From positions 107,446,001 through 107,510,000 of the forward strand of contig OX597815.1 in assembly GCA_951406725.2 (NCBI GenBank): 64,000 bases of DNA, given 5' to 3'. The notes beneath the pieces are model-generated. The model was not told the origin of the DNA. It was given only the letters and a program-made list of their open reading frames with translations, and ran no database searches. This DNA is from Octopus vulgaris. Taxonomy: Eukaryota. A program made the translations under genes and the position numbers. This document shows positions 53,636 through 64,000 of this stretch, piece after piece (position 1 is the stretch's first letter; every line of letters begins with the position of its first letter).

Positions 53636-53669
53636 TGTTATTATAATTATCATTATTACTGTTAAAGTG

Positions 53670-53993
53670 ACCTGCTGTGCTTGAGAAGACCTATTGAGTC
53701 AAGTACATCATATCAAAATAAAAATCAAATGGAAATTATAGTTGTGATACCTGTGCCGGTGGCACATAAAAAGCGTCATCCAAACATGGCTGATGCCAGC
53801 GCCGCCTTGGCTGGCTTCCATGCCGGTGGCACGTAAAAAGCACCCACTACACTCATGGAATGGTTGGCATTAGGAAGGGCATCCAGCTGTAGAAACGCTG
53901 CCAGATCAGACTGGAGCCTGGTGCAGCCTCCTGGCTTCCCAGATCCCAGTCGAACTGTCCAATCCATGCTAGCATGGAAAATGGACGTTAAAC

Positions 53994-54024
<31 letters not shown>
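53670..54024 (+). mobile_element. RTE ORF end plus 3'UTR with (TGA)n tail
   Basis: Homologous to the other RTE tails. Confidence 0.9.
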
Positions 54025-54026
<2 letters not shown>

Positions 54027-56040
54027 AGTGGTGAACTGCTAGAATCTTTACTTTCTGAGTTAAATTCTGCTGAGGTCGACTTTCCATTTCATTCTTTTAG
54101 AGCTAAAGCAGCAGTTGAGCACCAGAGTTGATGTAATTGACTCGTCACCTCATCCTAAATTTGAGGCTTTGTCTTGTGCCTATAGGAGAAAGGACTACTG
54201 TTGCTACCACATTTGTTTTTATGATTATGAGTGTCTCTTGAGATTAATTTGTGAGGGGCTTAAATCATGCAGATACCATCCTAAATAGCTAAGAGTAGGC
54301 AAAAGTTTTGTCTTTTAGACACTATATTTTTTTCTTTCCATTTCTTAATGTATTTATGATGTATTTAACAGGAATTTCTTTACAAGAAGAAGAAATAAGC
54401 AGTATTCACAAGAAAGAAAGTAATGTTGGATATGCTCCCTTAAATGAAAATTAACTATCTTTTCACTACAAGAAAACAAAATTAAAATGAAAATAAAAAG
54501 AAAAATAAAACAATGAAACAAACAGATATATGAGCACAGATGGTCACAATTTGACACCCAAAACTGTATATTTGCATGACATTAAAAAACATTACTAGCT
54601 GCTGCAGCAATAGCAGCGGCAACAGCAATGGCATTAGCAGCAGCACAATGGCTACTAATGTCAGTTCCTTTGCTTGCGTTAAAAGTCAAATGGAGGTTGA
54701 AGACCTGGATCAGTTTCAATCAAAGAAAGAAGTATGGCAACAGCATGTTACAAAGGCATGTGCCCCTTTGCTTTAAAAAATTTATCAAAGAGCTGGTAAA
54801 GATGAAAGAGATATACCTTTGTTCTGTGAAAGCCAGAAGAGATTTTCCCATTCCCTCAAAGAAACAGTTAAAGAAAGCTTCAGATGATATATGGCTCAAT
54901 ATATGCTCCACTGAAAAGGTAAGAGATATGGTAGTGTGAGTATAGTCTTTAAAGATAAGGCAAGAAAGCAGGCTAAAGTTGTGCACTCACACTGGCCCAT
55001 AAGCTAGTACATGGCATATCATATCTTGAAGGTCATAGTAAGAAAGATTGGTGAATCCTTGAGCCATTGTTACCTTCGCAGCACAGTATGTCACATAGAA
55101 TGATATGGACTTATATATGTTGTGGTTAGGCTACAAAAACGATACCAGAGCTGAACTCTATATCATGTACAAAGAAAAATGTGATAAGACTGATGATGCA
55201 GAGCAGAGAACCCAGTTGTTATAATTTGGAAGTAAAAATCATTTGAAGTAATTTTATCCAGAGAAATTGAAAGGACAGATAGAAAACAAACAACAGAAGA
55301 AGCAGCAATAATAACAGCAGAGCTCAGAAAGTTTTATTTCAAAGGTATCATAAGTTGCAGCTCTGATCACAGTAGAAGAAATTGCATTGTCCTCAGTGCC
55401 TGGAGCTGACAATTGGGGTCCCTGCCCAACTGTTTCAGCTGGTGGTACCTTCCCATAGTCTTGTGACAACAATGGAGAGTTGATGGAAGGTGGATCGGAG
55501 TAGAAAATTGTCAGGGACAGCAATAAAATAAGAAAAAGGACAAGAGAAAGGAGTCTTCCAAATTGCTCCCAAAGAGTGAAATCATGTGGAAAGTAGTGTA
55601 GGTTAGAAAGAACCCATTTTTCTCTGGAACTGTGTGAAGTCCACAGTCCTTAAAATAGTTGATGAGGAACTGATGAATGATTTGAATGAAATGAAGATTG
55701 AAGAATGAAAATATAATCTGCAGATTAAGGAGGGAATAAATTTCAACTTTGAGGGTCTATAAATTTCTTACTGTGTAAATGATTGCTAAGAAAAACCAGT
55801 TTAAAAATCTATGCAAAGTTATACTTCAGCAATTAGAAGGATAAAGGATATTTCTTATCCACATCAACACCTGGATTGCTCAGAACTACTTTTAAAACTG
55901 AGCATTTAGAGTGTTTGGAAGTGAAAATTTGTGAGGTTTACTGGTTGTTCTCATCAGATCCAGGTGTCATTTTTTTCCACCTATTTATTTATCATCATTT
56001 TATAACAATCTATTAATATTTCTATGTATATATGTGTGCA

Positions 56041-56090
<50 letters not shown>

Positions 56091-56576
56091 GGACATTGGC
56101 TGACGATGATGATGTATATATGTTGTGTAATATATCTATGTTTCTAGTACCAGATTATAATATGTCTTGATATGTTATCTAACATCCTTGCTCTACCCTT
56201 TATTTCTATATAATCATGTATGCTCATCTCCATATATCTTTGTAACCCTCTTTTGTGTAGCATGCTGTTATATATATGAATGGGCCCTGGTGATGAAATA
56301 AAAAAAAGGAATATTATTATTGCTATTGTTGTTCTCATTGCAGTTGTTGCTATTGTTGTTGTTGTTGCAGCTGTTATTCACTTTTAATTTTTTTCTCTTT
56401 CTTTTCAGACATTATTTGTATGCTTTCTTTTGTGTGAAAAATTTATGTTCTATATTAAAAAAAAATGTCCTGTTTTTTCCCCTTCTGTATGCTAGAAGCT
56501 TTTATTTAAAGGATTACTTTCTTAGCATGCATATTTAGGCATTATGCATGTGGGTGTCTGTGAATGCATGTGTGTA

Positions 56577-56610
<34 letters not shown>

Positions 56611-57147
56611 TGTGTGTGTGTGTACAAACACATATATAAATCATTTATGGCATGTATAAATAAACTATATTTATGAAAACATGTATAGTCACACACAGAC
56701 ACACACACACACACATACACACAAACACACATATGTACACACACACACACACACTCATACACACACACACACACACACTATCTTCTCCATCTGTCTTTCA
56801 CTCTCTATCTATCACTATATATACATTACTAAAACATTTTATTTACATATGTGAGTGTACACATCTATGTGTGAATGTGTACCCATATGTATGTGAGTGT
56901 GACTGTTTTTGCATGCGTTTTTGCATGTATTTATCAATATATGTCTATACATGTATCTGACATGCTGAGATAGTATTATACCATACTGATACCCTGCAGT
57001 AATTCCAGATAAAAGATAGCCAGCCTAATTTTTTCTCTAGTATTGTGTGCCATTATGTTTCATGTATTGGTTGAAGGCACTTCATAAAAACAAAAGACAT
57101 GTTAAAAAGGTGTATTATAATATACATAAAATATATTTCTCTCTCTT

Positions 57148-57226
<79 letters not shown>

Positions 57227-57331
57227 GCATATATATATATATATATATACATATGCATATATATATATATACATACATATGCATATATATATATATATAT
57301 ATACATATGCATATATATATATATATATATA

Positions 57332-57377
<46 letters not shown>

Positions 57378-58056
57378 TATATATATATATATATATATGT
57401 ACATATGCATATATATATATATATATGTACATATGCATATATATATCATCATCATCATCATCATCATTTAGCGTCCGTTTTCCATGCTAGCATGGGTTGG
57501 ACGGTTCTGCTGGGGTCTGTGAAGCCAGAAGGCTTCATCAGGCCCAGTCAAATCTGGCAGTGTTTCTACGGCTGGATGCCCTTCCTAACGCCAACCACTC
57601 CGTGAGTGTAGTGGGTGCTTTTTACGTGCCACCCGCACTGGTGCCAGACAGAGCTGGCAAACGGCCACGAACGGATGGTGCTTTTTATGTGCCACCGGCA
57701 CGAGGGCCAGGCGAGGCTGGCAACGGACACGAAACGGGGCGGTGCTGGCAACGGTCGCGAAACGGAAAGTTCTCTTACATGCCACCGGCACTGGTAACAC
57801 ATCTGCAATTTCCATTGATCGATTTCCATTGATCGATTTCGATTCTGATCCTCACTTGCCTCAATGGGTCTTCACAAGCAGAGTTTCGACATGCCACCGG
57901 CACTGGTAGCACATCCGCAATTTCCATTGATCGATTTCGATTCTGATCCTCACTTGCCTCAACACGTCTTCACAAGTAGAGTTTTGTGTCCCAAGAAGGG
58001 AAGGTATGCATACGTAGGCTGGCTCCATCCCATGTAGAAGGCCACGGGTTGTGGAC

Positions 58057-59922
58057 TCACTTGTCCTGCCGGGTCTTCTCGCGCACAGCACACTTCCAGA
58101 GGTCTCGGTCTCTAGTCATTTCCTCAGTGAGACCTAAAGTTCGAAGGTCGTGCTTCACCACCTCGTCCCAGGTTTTCCTGGGTCTGCCTCTTCCACAGGT
58201 TCCCTCAACCGCTAGGGCGTGGCACTTTTTCACACAACTATCTTCATCCATTCTCGCCACATGACCATACCAGCGCAAACGTCTCTCTTGCACACCACAA
58301 CTGATGCTTCTTAGGTCCAGCTTTTCTCTCAAGGTACTTACACTCTGCCGAGTGTGAGTACTGACATTACACATCCATCGGAGCATACTGGCTTCATTTC
58401 TAGCGAGCTTACGCATATCCTCAGCAGTCACGGCCCATGTTTCACTGCCATGTAGCATGGCTGTTCGTACACACGCATCATACAGTCTGCCTTTCACTCT
58501 GTGCGAGAGGCCCTTTGTCACCAGCAGAGGTAAGAGCTCTCTGAACTTTGCCCAAGCTATTCTTACTCTAGCAGTTACACTTTCAGCACACCCGCCCCCG
58601 CTGCTGACTTGGTCACCTAGGTAACGGAAACTATCAACTATTTCTAGTTTTTCTCCCTGGAAAGTGACAGAAGTTGGTCTCAGAGCATTTTCAGTGTTTA
58701 TTGTTCCTGAGCATCTGCCACATACAAAAACCATCTTCCTAGTTAGCCTTCCTTTGACATTGCTGCATCTCTTATGTGTCCATAGCTTACACTTGGTGCA
58801 TCTTATAGAGTTTCTACCTACACCTTTTCTACAGATCGAGCAGGGCCATCTACCTGAAGGTGTTTGTGATTTGTCAACCTTCCTACTGATTACGACTTTG
58901 GTTTTAGCTAGATTGACTCTAAGGCCCTTCGATTCTAATCCTTGTTTCCACACCTGAAACTTCTCCTCCAGTTCTGATAGCGACTCAGCAATTAGAGCAA
59001 GGTCATCAGCATAGAGGAGCTCCCAAGGGCATCCTGTCTTGAATTCCTCCGTTATTGCCTGGAGGACTATGATAAATAGGAGGGGGCTGAGTACTGAGCC
59101 TTGGTGGACCCCTACCTCTACCCGGAATTCTTCACTGTACTCATTTCCAACCCTCACCCTACTAGCGGCGTCCCTATACATGGCCCGCACAGCTCTCACT
59201 AACCATTCATCTATCCCTAGTTTTCTCATTGCCCACCAGATAAGGGATCGGGGGACCCTGTCGAAGGCTTTCTCCATGTCAACAAAAGCCAGGTACAGGG
59301 GCTTATCTTTGGCTAGGTATTTCTCCTGCAGCTGCCTTACCAGGAATATAGCATCAGTAGTACTTTTCCCTGGCACAAACCCAAACTGCATCTCATCTAA
59401 ACTAACTCTCTCTCTAATTAGTTGGGCTATGACCCTCTCTGTAACCTTCATCACCTGGTCCAACAGCTTGATACCTCTGTAGTTATTTGTATCTAGGGCA
59501 TCACCTTTACCTTTGTAGCAGTTGACTATTATACTGCTACACCAGTCATTGGGTATGACCCCTTTGTGTATCACCTGATTAACTATATGGGTGACTAGGC
59601 TATAGCCAACACTACCAGACATTTTGAGCATCTCTGCAGTGATTCCTGATGGGCCTGGGGCTTTCCCTGTCTTCATGCTTCTAATTGCCTTAGCTACCAC
59701 AGAACTATCAACTCGGATAGCTGGTCCCTCTGTTGGGTCAACATTCGGCAGACTCTCTTTATCCCATTCATTTTCTTCATTCAGCAACCTTTCATAGTGG
59801 CATCTCCAAACCTCTCTCTTTGCATCCTCATTTAGCGCAAGTGAACCATCTTCCATGCGAACACACTTCTCTCCTACCACATCACGATTCTCTCTCACAC
59901 ACTGTCTTGCAACACGAAACAC
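58057..59922 (-). CDS. RTE polyprotein C-part: reverse transcriptase with inserted PHD-type finger
   Basis: KAPGPSG, NYRGIKLL, QFGF, FVDMEKAFDRV, GVHQGSVLSPLLF, LYADD, FRYLG, RRLRWYGHV. Continues the upstream ORF across a 1-nt frameshift near 59962. Confidence 0.97.
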   Translation of the reverse strand: MFRVARQCVRENRDVVGEKCVRMEDGSLALNEDAKREVWRCHYERLLNEENEWDKESLPNVDPTEGPAIRVDSSVVAKAIRSMKTGKAPGPSGITAEMLKMSGSVGYSLVTHIVNQVIHKGVIPNDWCSSIIVNCYKGKGDALDTNNYRGIKLLDQVMKVTERVIAQLIRERVSLDEMQFGFVPGKSTTDAIFLVRQLQEKYLAKDKPLYLAFVDMEKAFDRVPRSLIWWAMRKLGIDEWLVRAVRAMYRDAASRVRVGNEYSEEFRVEVGVHQGSVLSPLLFIIVLQAITEEFKTGCPWELLYADDLALIAESLSELEEKFQVWKQGLESKGLRVNLAKTKVVISRKVDKSQTPSGRWPCSICRKGVGRNSIRCTKCKLWTHKRCSNVKGRLTRKMVFVCGRCSGTINTENALRPTSVTFQGEKLEIVDSFRYLGDQVSSGGGCAESVTARVRIAWAKFRELLPLLVTKGLSHRVKGRLYDACVRTAMLHGSETWAVTAEDMRKLARNEASMLRWMCNVSTHTRQSVSTLREKLDLRSISCGVQERRLRWYGHVARMDEDSCVKKCHALAVEGTCGRGRPRKTWDEVVKHDLRTLGLTEEMTRDRDLWKCAVREKTRQDK

Positions 59923-61223
59923 CTCCAGTTTTTGGTCCTCACGGCGCAGAACATTGGCAAATTTTTCTTATCTGCTTCCCCTCTGGCTAAATAAACCTGT
60001 CTCCTAGCTTCTCTTTTGGCAGTCTGATACAATTCCCTGCTACCCCCATTTTTCCAGACCTTCCAAGCCTGTCTCTTTTCTCTAATAGCCCTGTCTACAA
60101 TGTTGTTCCACCACCACGTTATTCTAGGTCGAGAGGGGACTTTGCACCAGCCACAGATCTGGTCAGTGGCTCTCAGCAGGTTGTCCCTTAGAAACGTCCA
60201 GCTGTCTTCTACCCCCTGTGATGCTCTATCCCCTTCTACTTCGTCAGAGGCTTCAAGTAATATGTCCCTAAATCTCTGTCCATTTGCAGGATCTTTAAGC
60301 TTCCAGATCCTTCTTCTCCATATTTGTCGTCTTCTGGTTGTCCTCCTAGTCCTGATCCTAAAGTCACTAACTACCAGTCTATGTTGTGGGGTACATTCTT
60401 CACCTGGGAAGGTTTTGGCATTTATAAGCAGCCATCTCTCCCTTTGCCTTGTAAGGATGTAGTCAATTTGGCTGGTATGTTGGCCCGATTGGTAAGTGAC
60501 TAGGTGGCTGGTAGGTTTCCTGAAGTTAGTGTTGCAAATCATAAGATTATTTGCATCGCAGAACTCCAGCAGCCTGGTTCCCTCCTCGTTGCGGGAGCCA
60601 TAGCCATAGCCTCCATGTACGCCATGGAAGCCCCCAGCATGTCGTCCAACGTGACCATTGAAGTCACCAGCTACAAAGATAAGGTCTCTGTCGTTCGTCA
60701 ATGAGGTAGTCTGCAGTAGAGTGTCATAGAATCGGTCTTTCTGTCCATCGGGTAGCCCCGACTGAGGAGCATAGGCTGATATAATGGTTGCTAAACTATG
60801 ATGAAGCACTAATCTAATCTTAAGTATTCTGTCACTTACTCTGATTACCTCAATTACTTTATCTACCCATTTCTCAGCGATAAGTATACCCACGCCACCA
60901 ACCCCGTCAGTGTTCCCTGCCCAGAAAATCTTGTACCTGCGTTCCTTGCCTGTGAGGAACCTAGCTGATCCTCCTCTCCACCTTATTTCTTGCATGCAAC
61001 ATATATCCACACATCTCCGTTCAAGCATCTCGACTATCTCACCAGACCTACCTTTCAGAGTGCCAACGTTGAGGGTGCCAACCCTGAGGGTGTGGAAGGC
61101 ATGGGCTCTAGAGACCCTGGGACGGTGGACAGTAGCTTCGTGTACCTGAAAAGAAAGCTCGCATTTGGCAGAATTCATGTGCAAAAAATGAAGTAGTAAA
61201 GTAGCCTTCAGTACAACCTGCAT
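59895..61223 (-). CDS. RTE polyprotein N-part: apurinic-like (APE/EEP) endonuclease
   Basis: Motifs GTLNVGTL, CMQEIRW, SAYAPQ, AGDFNGHVG, SQIDYIL and QHRLVV. Confidence 0.95.
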   Translation of the reverse strand: MQVVLKATLLLHFLHMNSAKCELSFQVHEATVHRPRVSRAHAFHTLRVGTLNVGTLKGRSGEIVEMLERRCVDICCMQEIRWRGGSARFLTGKERRYKIFWAGNTDGVGGVGILIAEKWVDKVIEVIRVSDRILKIRLVLHHSLATIISAYAPQSGLPDGQKDRFYDTLLQTTSLTNDRDLIFVAGDFNGHVGRHAGGFHGVHGGYGYGSRNEEGTRLLEFCDANNLMICNTNFRKPTSHLVTYQSGQHTSQIDYILTRQRERWLLINAKTFPGEECTPQHRLVVSDFRIRTRRTTRRRQIWRRRIWKLKDPANGQRFRDILLEASDEVEGDRASQGVEDSWTFLRDNLLRATDQICGWCKVPSRPRITWWWNNIVDRAIREKRQAWKVWKNGGSRELYQTAKREARRQVYLARGEADKKNLPMFCAVRTKNWRCFVLQDSV

Positions 61224-61976
61224 AATGCTAGCCTTTCATATTTTGCACTGTATGAACATTACCTTACATAGGTCGAGACTAGGGGTAGGGACGGGTAGGG
61301 ATGGTGAGAGCATTTGCAGTCTTCATGGGAAGCAACCCCGGAATGGAAGAGAATAGGAACTTCCGGCATGCGTGGTGGGGGTGGGAGGGCGGGTGCACCG
61401 TAGCTGAGTAAAGAGGTTCTGTTAATCGTGAGCTAGCAAATGGGTTTGTATGAATCGGGAGACAATACTAAGCGAAAAATTGAAAAATTGAAAAATCAGA
61501 GTGGCTATGAACCTGGAGACAAGTCTAAACGAAAAAAAAATGTTTGAGCTAGACAGGGTAATGAGGGAATACTGAAAGAATGAGGGACAATACAATGAGA
61601 TGGAAATTGAAGAATAGAGAAAGAATAAGGATAAGTGCAAGAAAGAAGGTAGTCGTAGCGAGGTTGGACGATTCACTTAACTTTTAGCCATTCATGATCT
61701 GTGCGTATTCTTTAGATATTTTGAAGCGAGTGGGGTTAACGATAAATGCGATCGCTCCTTTATGTATGGCGATGATGGTTTTGGGGAGGGGGGGCATAGA
61801 GGACCATGGCGATGATGGTTATGGGAAGGGGGGACATAGCGAGAGAGAGATAGGGTTAGTTAGAGAGAGAGGTCAAGGGACACGTGACAATAAGCGGTGT
61901 GAGGGAATTTGACTGGGGACGGCATTGTCGATAAATAAACATTAGATAAATAGGTTTGAAAATCAGAAAAATCCGA

Positions 61977-62036
61977 ATGCATATATATATATATATATAT
62001 ATATATGCATATATATATATATATATATATATATGC

Positions 62037-62068
<32 letters not shown>

Positions 62069-62240
62069 GTATATATATATATATGCATATATATATGTGT
62101 GAGTGTGTATGTATATATATATATGTGTGTATATGTGTGTATATGTATGTATGTATGTATACACACACATGCATGCACGCATGCGTGCATACACACAGAC
62201 ACACACAGGCAAACACATGCACATGCACACACACACACAC
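61977..62240. repeat. (TA)n/(TATG)n/(CA)n microsatellite
   Basis: Directly visible. Confidence 0.95.
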
Positions 62241-64000
62241 AGAGCTAGCTTGCTAGGTAAGTAAATACCCCCTTTAGCAATCCAGATACATTTCTACAAA
62301 TGCAAAGTTAAACGAAAGAACCATTTTGTAAGAGGCATGATAGCATTGCAGAAACAGACTTGAGTCAGCTTGTTTGGCTATTTTTTTAACAAAGATACAA
62401 ACATAAATGAAGATGATAATCTTTACTAAATAACAGAAAAAATTCACAGACTCGTTATCACACCTTTCAAGCACATAACTTCAGATGATCTCATACAATG
62501 TTATATTACACATAGTGTGATATAAACTACTAACAAAATTATAAAACAAATTTAATTATTTAAGATCTAATGTTATTATTGAATTCTGGAACAAGTTAAA
62601 TTCATTAACTTTAATGACAAGTATACAGGCTTATTCATCATTAATTCATTTGAAAAGTAGTTGTGAGAAATTAGTGATGCTGGATTCTTTATTGGTCTCA
62701 ATGATGTATGTTCAGATATTTGATTAAATGAATTCCTACTCATGAAAGAAATGTCTAAGTAGCTGAGAGTTATGTAGACATTCTCATTGCTTTAACGTTC
62801 ACTTTCCTTTGCTGTCTGAGCCTGGATGCTCTTCCTGTCTCCAACCCCCACCTGTTTCAAAGTAAAGTAATATTTTCCCATGACCAGACATGTTTTCATG
62901 GAAGATTGGAAATGAAGGATGCTGCTTGCATGACAGTGACATTCACTTACAACTACTACATGAAACCAAGGCAAGAGGTAGTTATATATATGTACACACA
63001 ATCACACACATGCATGCATATGCACACACACACACACACACATACATGCATATGTATATATACAAATGTATACATACATGTGTATATATATGTATGTATG
63101 TATACACACACACACAAATATATATGCTTTTGTGTACATGCAGTTATAGCCTAAGACATATGCTTGAAGTGACAAACCATGCTCTGTTATTCAAATATAC
63201 ATTAAAAGTACCTGATTTTGAAATGTGTTGGAAAGCAAACAACAATACTATGTAAAAAACATATCTCGCTCACTTTTCTATTTTTATTTTTAAGAGATTA
63301 TCTTTGACATTTTTTAAAGACTTATCTAAATAATCTTTTCTTCAAAACATGCTTACAGTAATGCAAAAATGTCCCTGACTGTACATTAAACCATAACCCA
63401 AAATTTTCAATTAAATTTAGATTTAGTTTTTTTTTGTGTGAAATGCTCTTAACCATTCTGCACTCAAGGGTATTTTTTAAAAAAAATTAGTAGCTTTCAA
63501 TAAATATGTCTGAATTTAAGTTTGCTGAGTTTTTGCTTATAACCAAATCTGCAATCTATTATATAGACCTGTGATGGAAGACTTTCCAAACATGACTAGT
63601 CATTTTTACTTTAGATTACAATATTTAATGTAACTCTTCCATTCCAGACAGGATGGCTTGATTAGAGAGAGATTTGATGGTTACTTTTTCTTACTTTAAT
63701 GATCTCAATGAGGCAACCCTCACTGGTATCAAGATGAAGTTGATGGCATGAGTTCAGCAGGAATATTGAAACAGTGCCTTAAATCTCTAATAAAATTTTA
63801 TCTCACATTGTTCATTAGTGTTAAACACAAGTCTTAAGTTCTCCTCTTCCTCCTCCCTTCAACTCTCCACCACTCCTCACCTCTACTCCATCCCATCCTT
63901 CACTCTTCCTCCTCTTCCCTTGCTGGACAAAGCACATCTCTAAAGTTGTCAAGAAGGCCGAGGGTGACTTGGCATCACTCAGCAAGACTTTTGTCAGTCA

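Larger units (their letters stand above)
57445..61976 (-). mobile_element. Near full-length RTE-clade LINE inserted in a (TA)n/(ATATGC) microsatellite
   Basis: ~750-bp 5'UTR, APE+RT coding region, ~600-bp 3'UTR with internal duplication, (TGA)n tail; the same compound microsatellite lies on both sides. Confidence 0.95.

Noticed and set aside
61300-61976. HDV-like ribozyme expected at some RTE 5' ends
   Set aside because: I could not identify the nested double pseudoknot by eye; it needs an RNArobo or Infernal search.

Overview
This is AT-rich, microsatellite-dense eukaryotic intronic/intergenic DNA with no complete host gene. The repeat landscape suggests a mollusc, probably an octopus (inference). 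Most listed ORFs are microsatellite artefacts. Main content: (1) a near full-length RTE-clade LINE (~57445-61976, minus) with APE endonuclease and RT split by one frameshift, and a C4HC3 PHD-type finger inside the RT; it is accompanied by many truncated copies and a 2.5-kb tandem array built from a related 3'UTR. (2) A 5'-inverted Penelope-like element with a GIY-YIG ORF (40841-44646). (3) The most striking signal: type I hammerhead ribozyme folds in six apparently unrelated, mostly (TA)n-flanked elements (5261, 19968 plus inverted copy, 31576, 32193, 44534 plus inverted copy, 50218), mostly with minimal, often palindromic, stem III and long stem II insertions. (4) Mariner/Tc1 fossils, hAT, Merlin-like and TTAA MITEs, a probable Helitron, CR1 and R4/Dong-type LINE ends, and two tRNA-derived SINE families. 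(5) A candidate 42-nt host exon at 1986-2027. All folds and alignments were done by eye.
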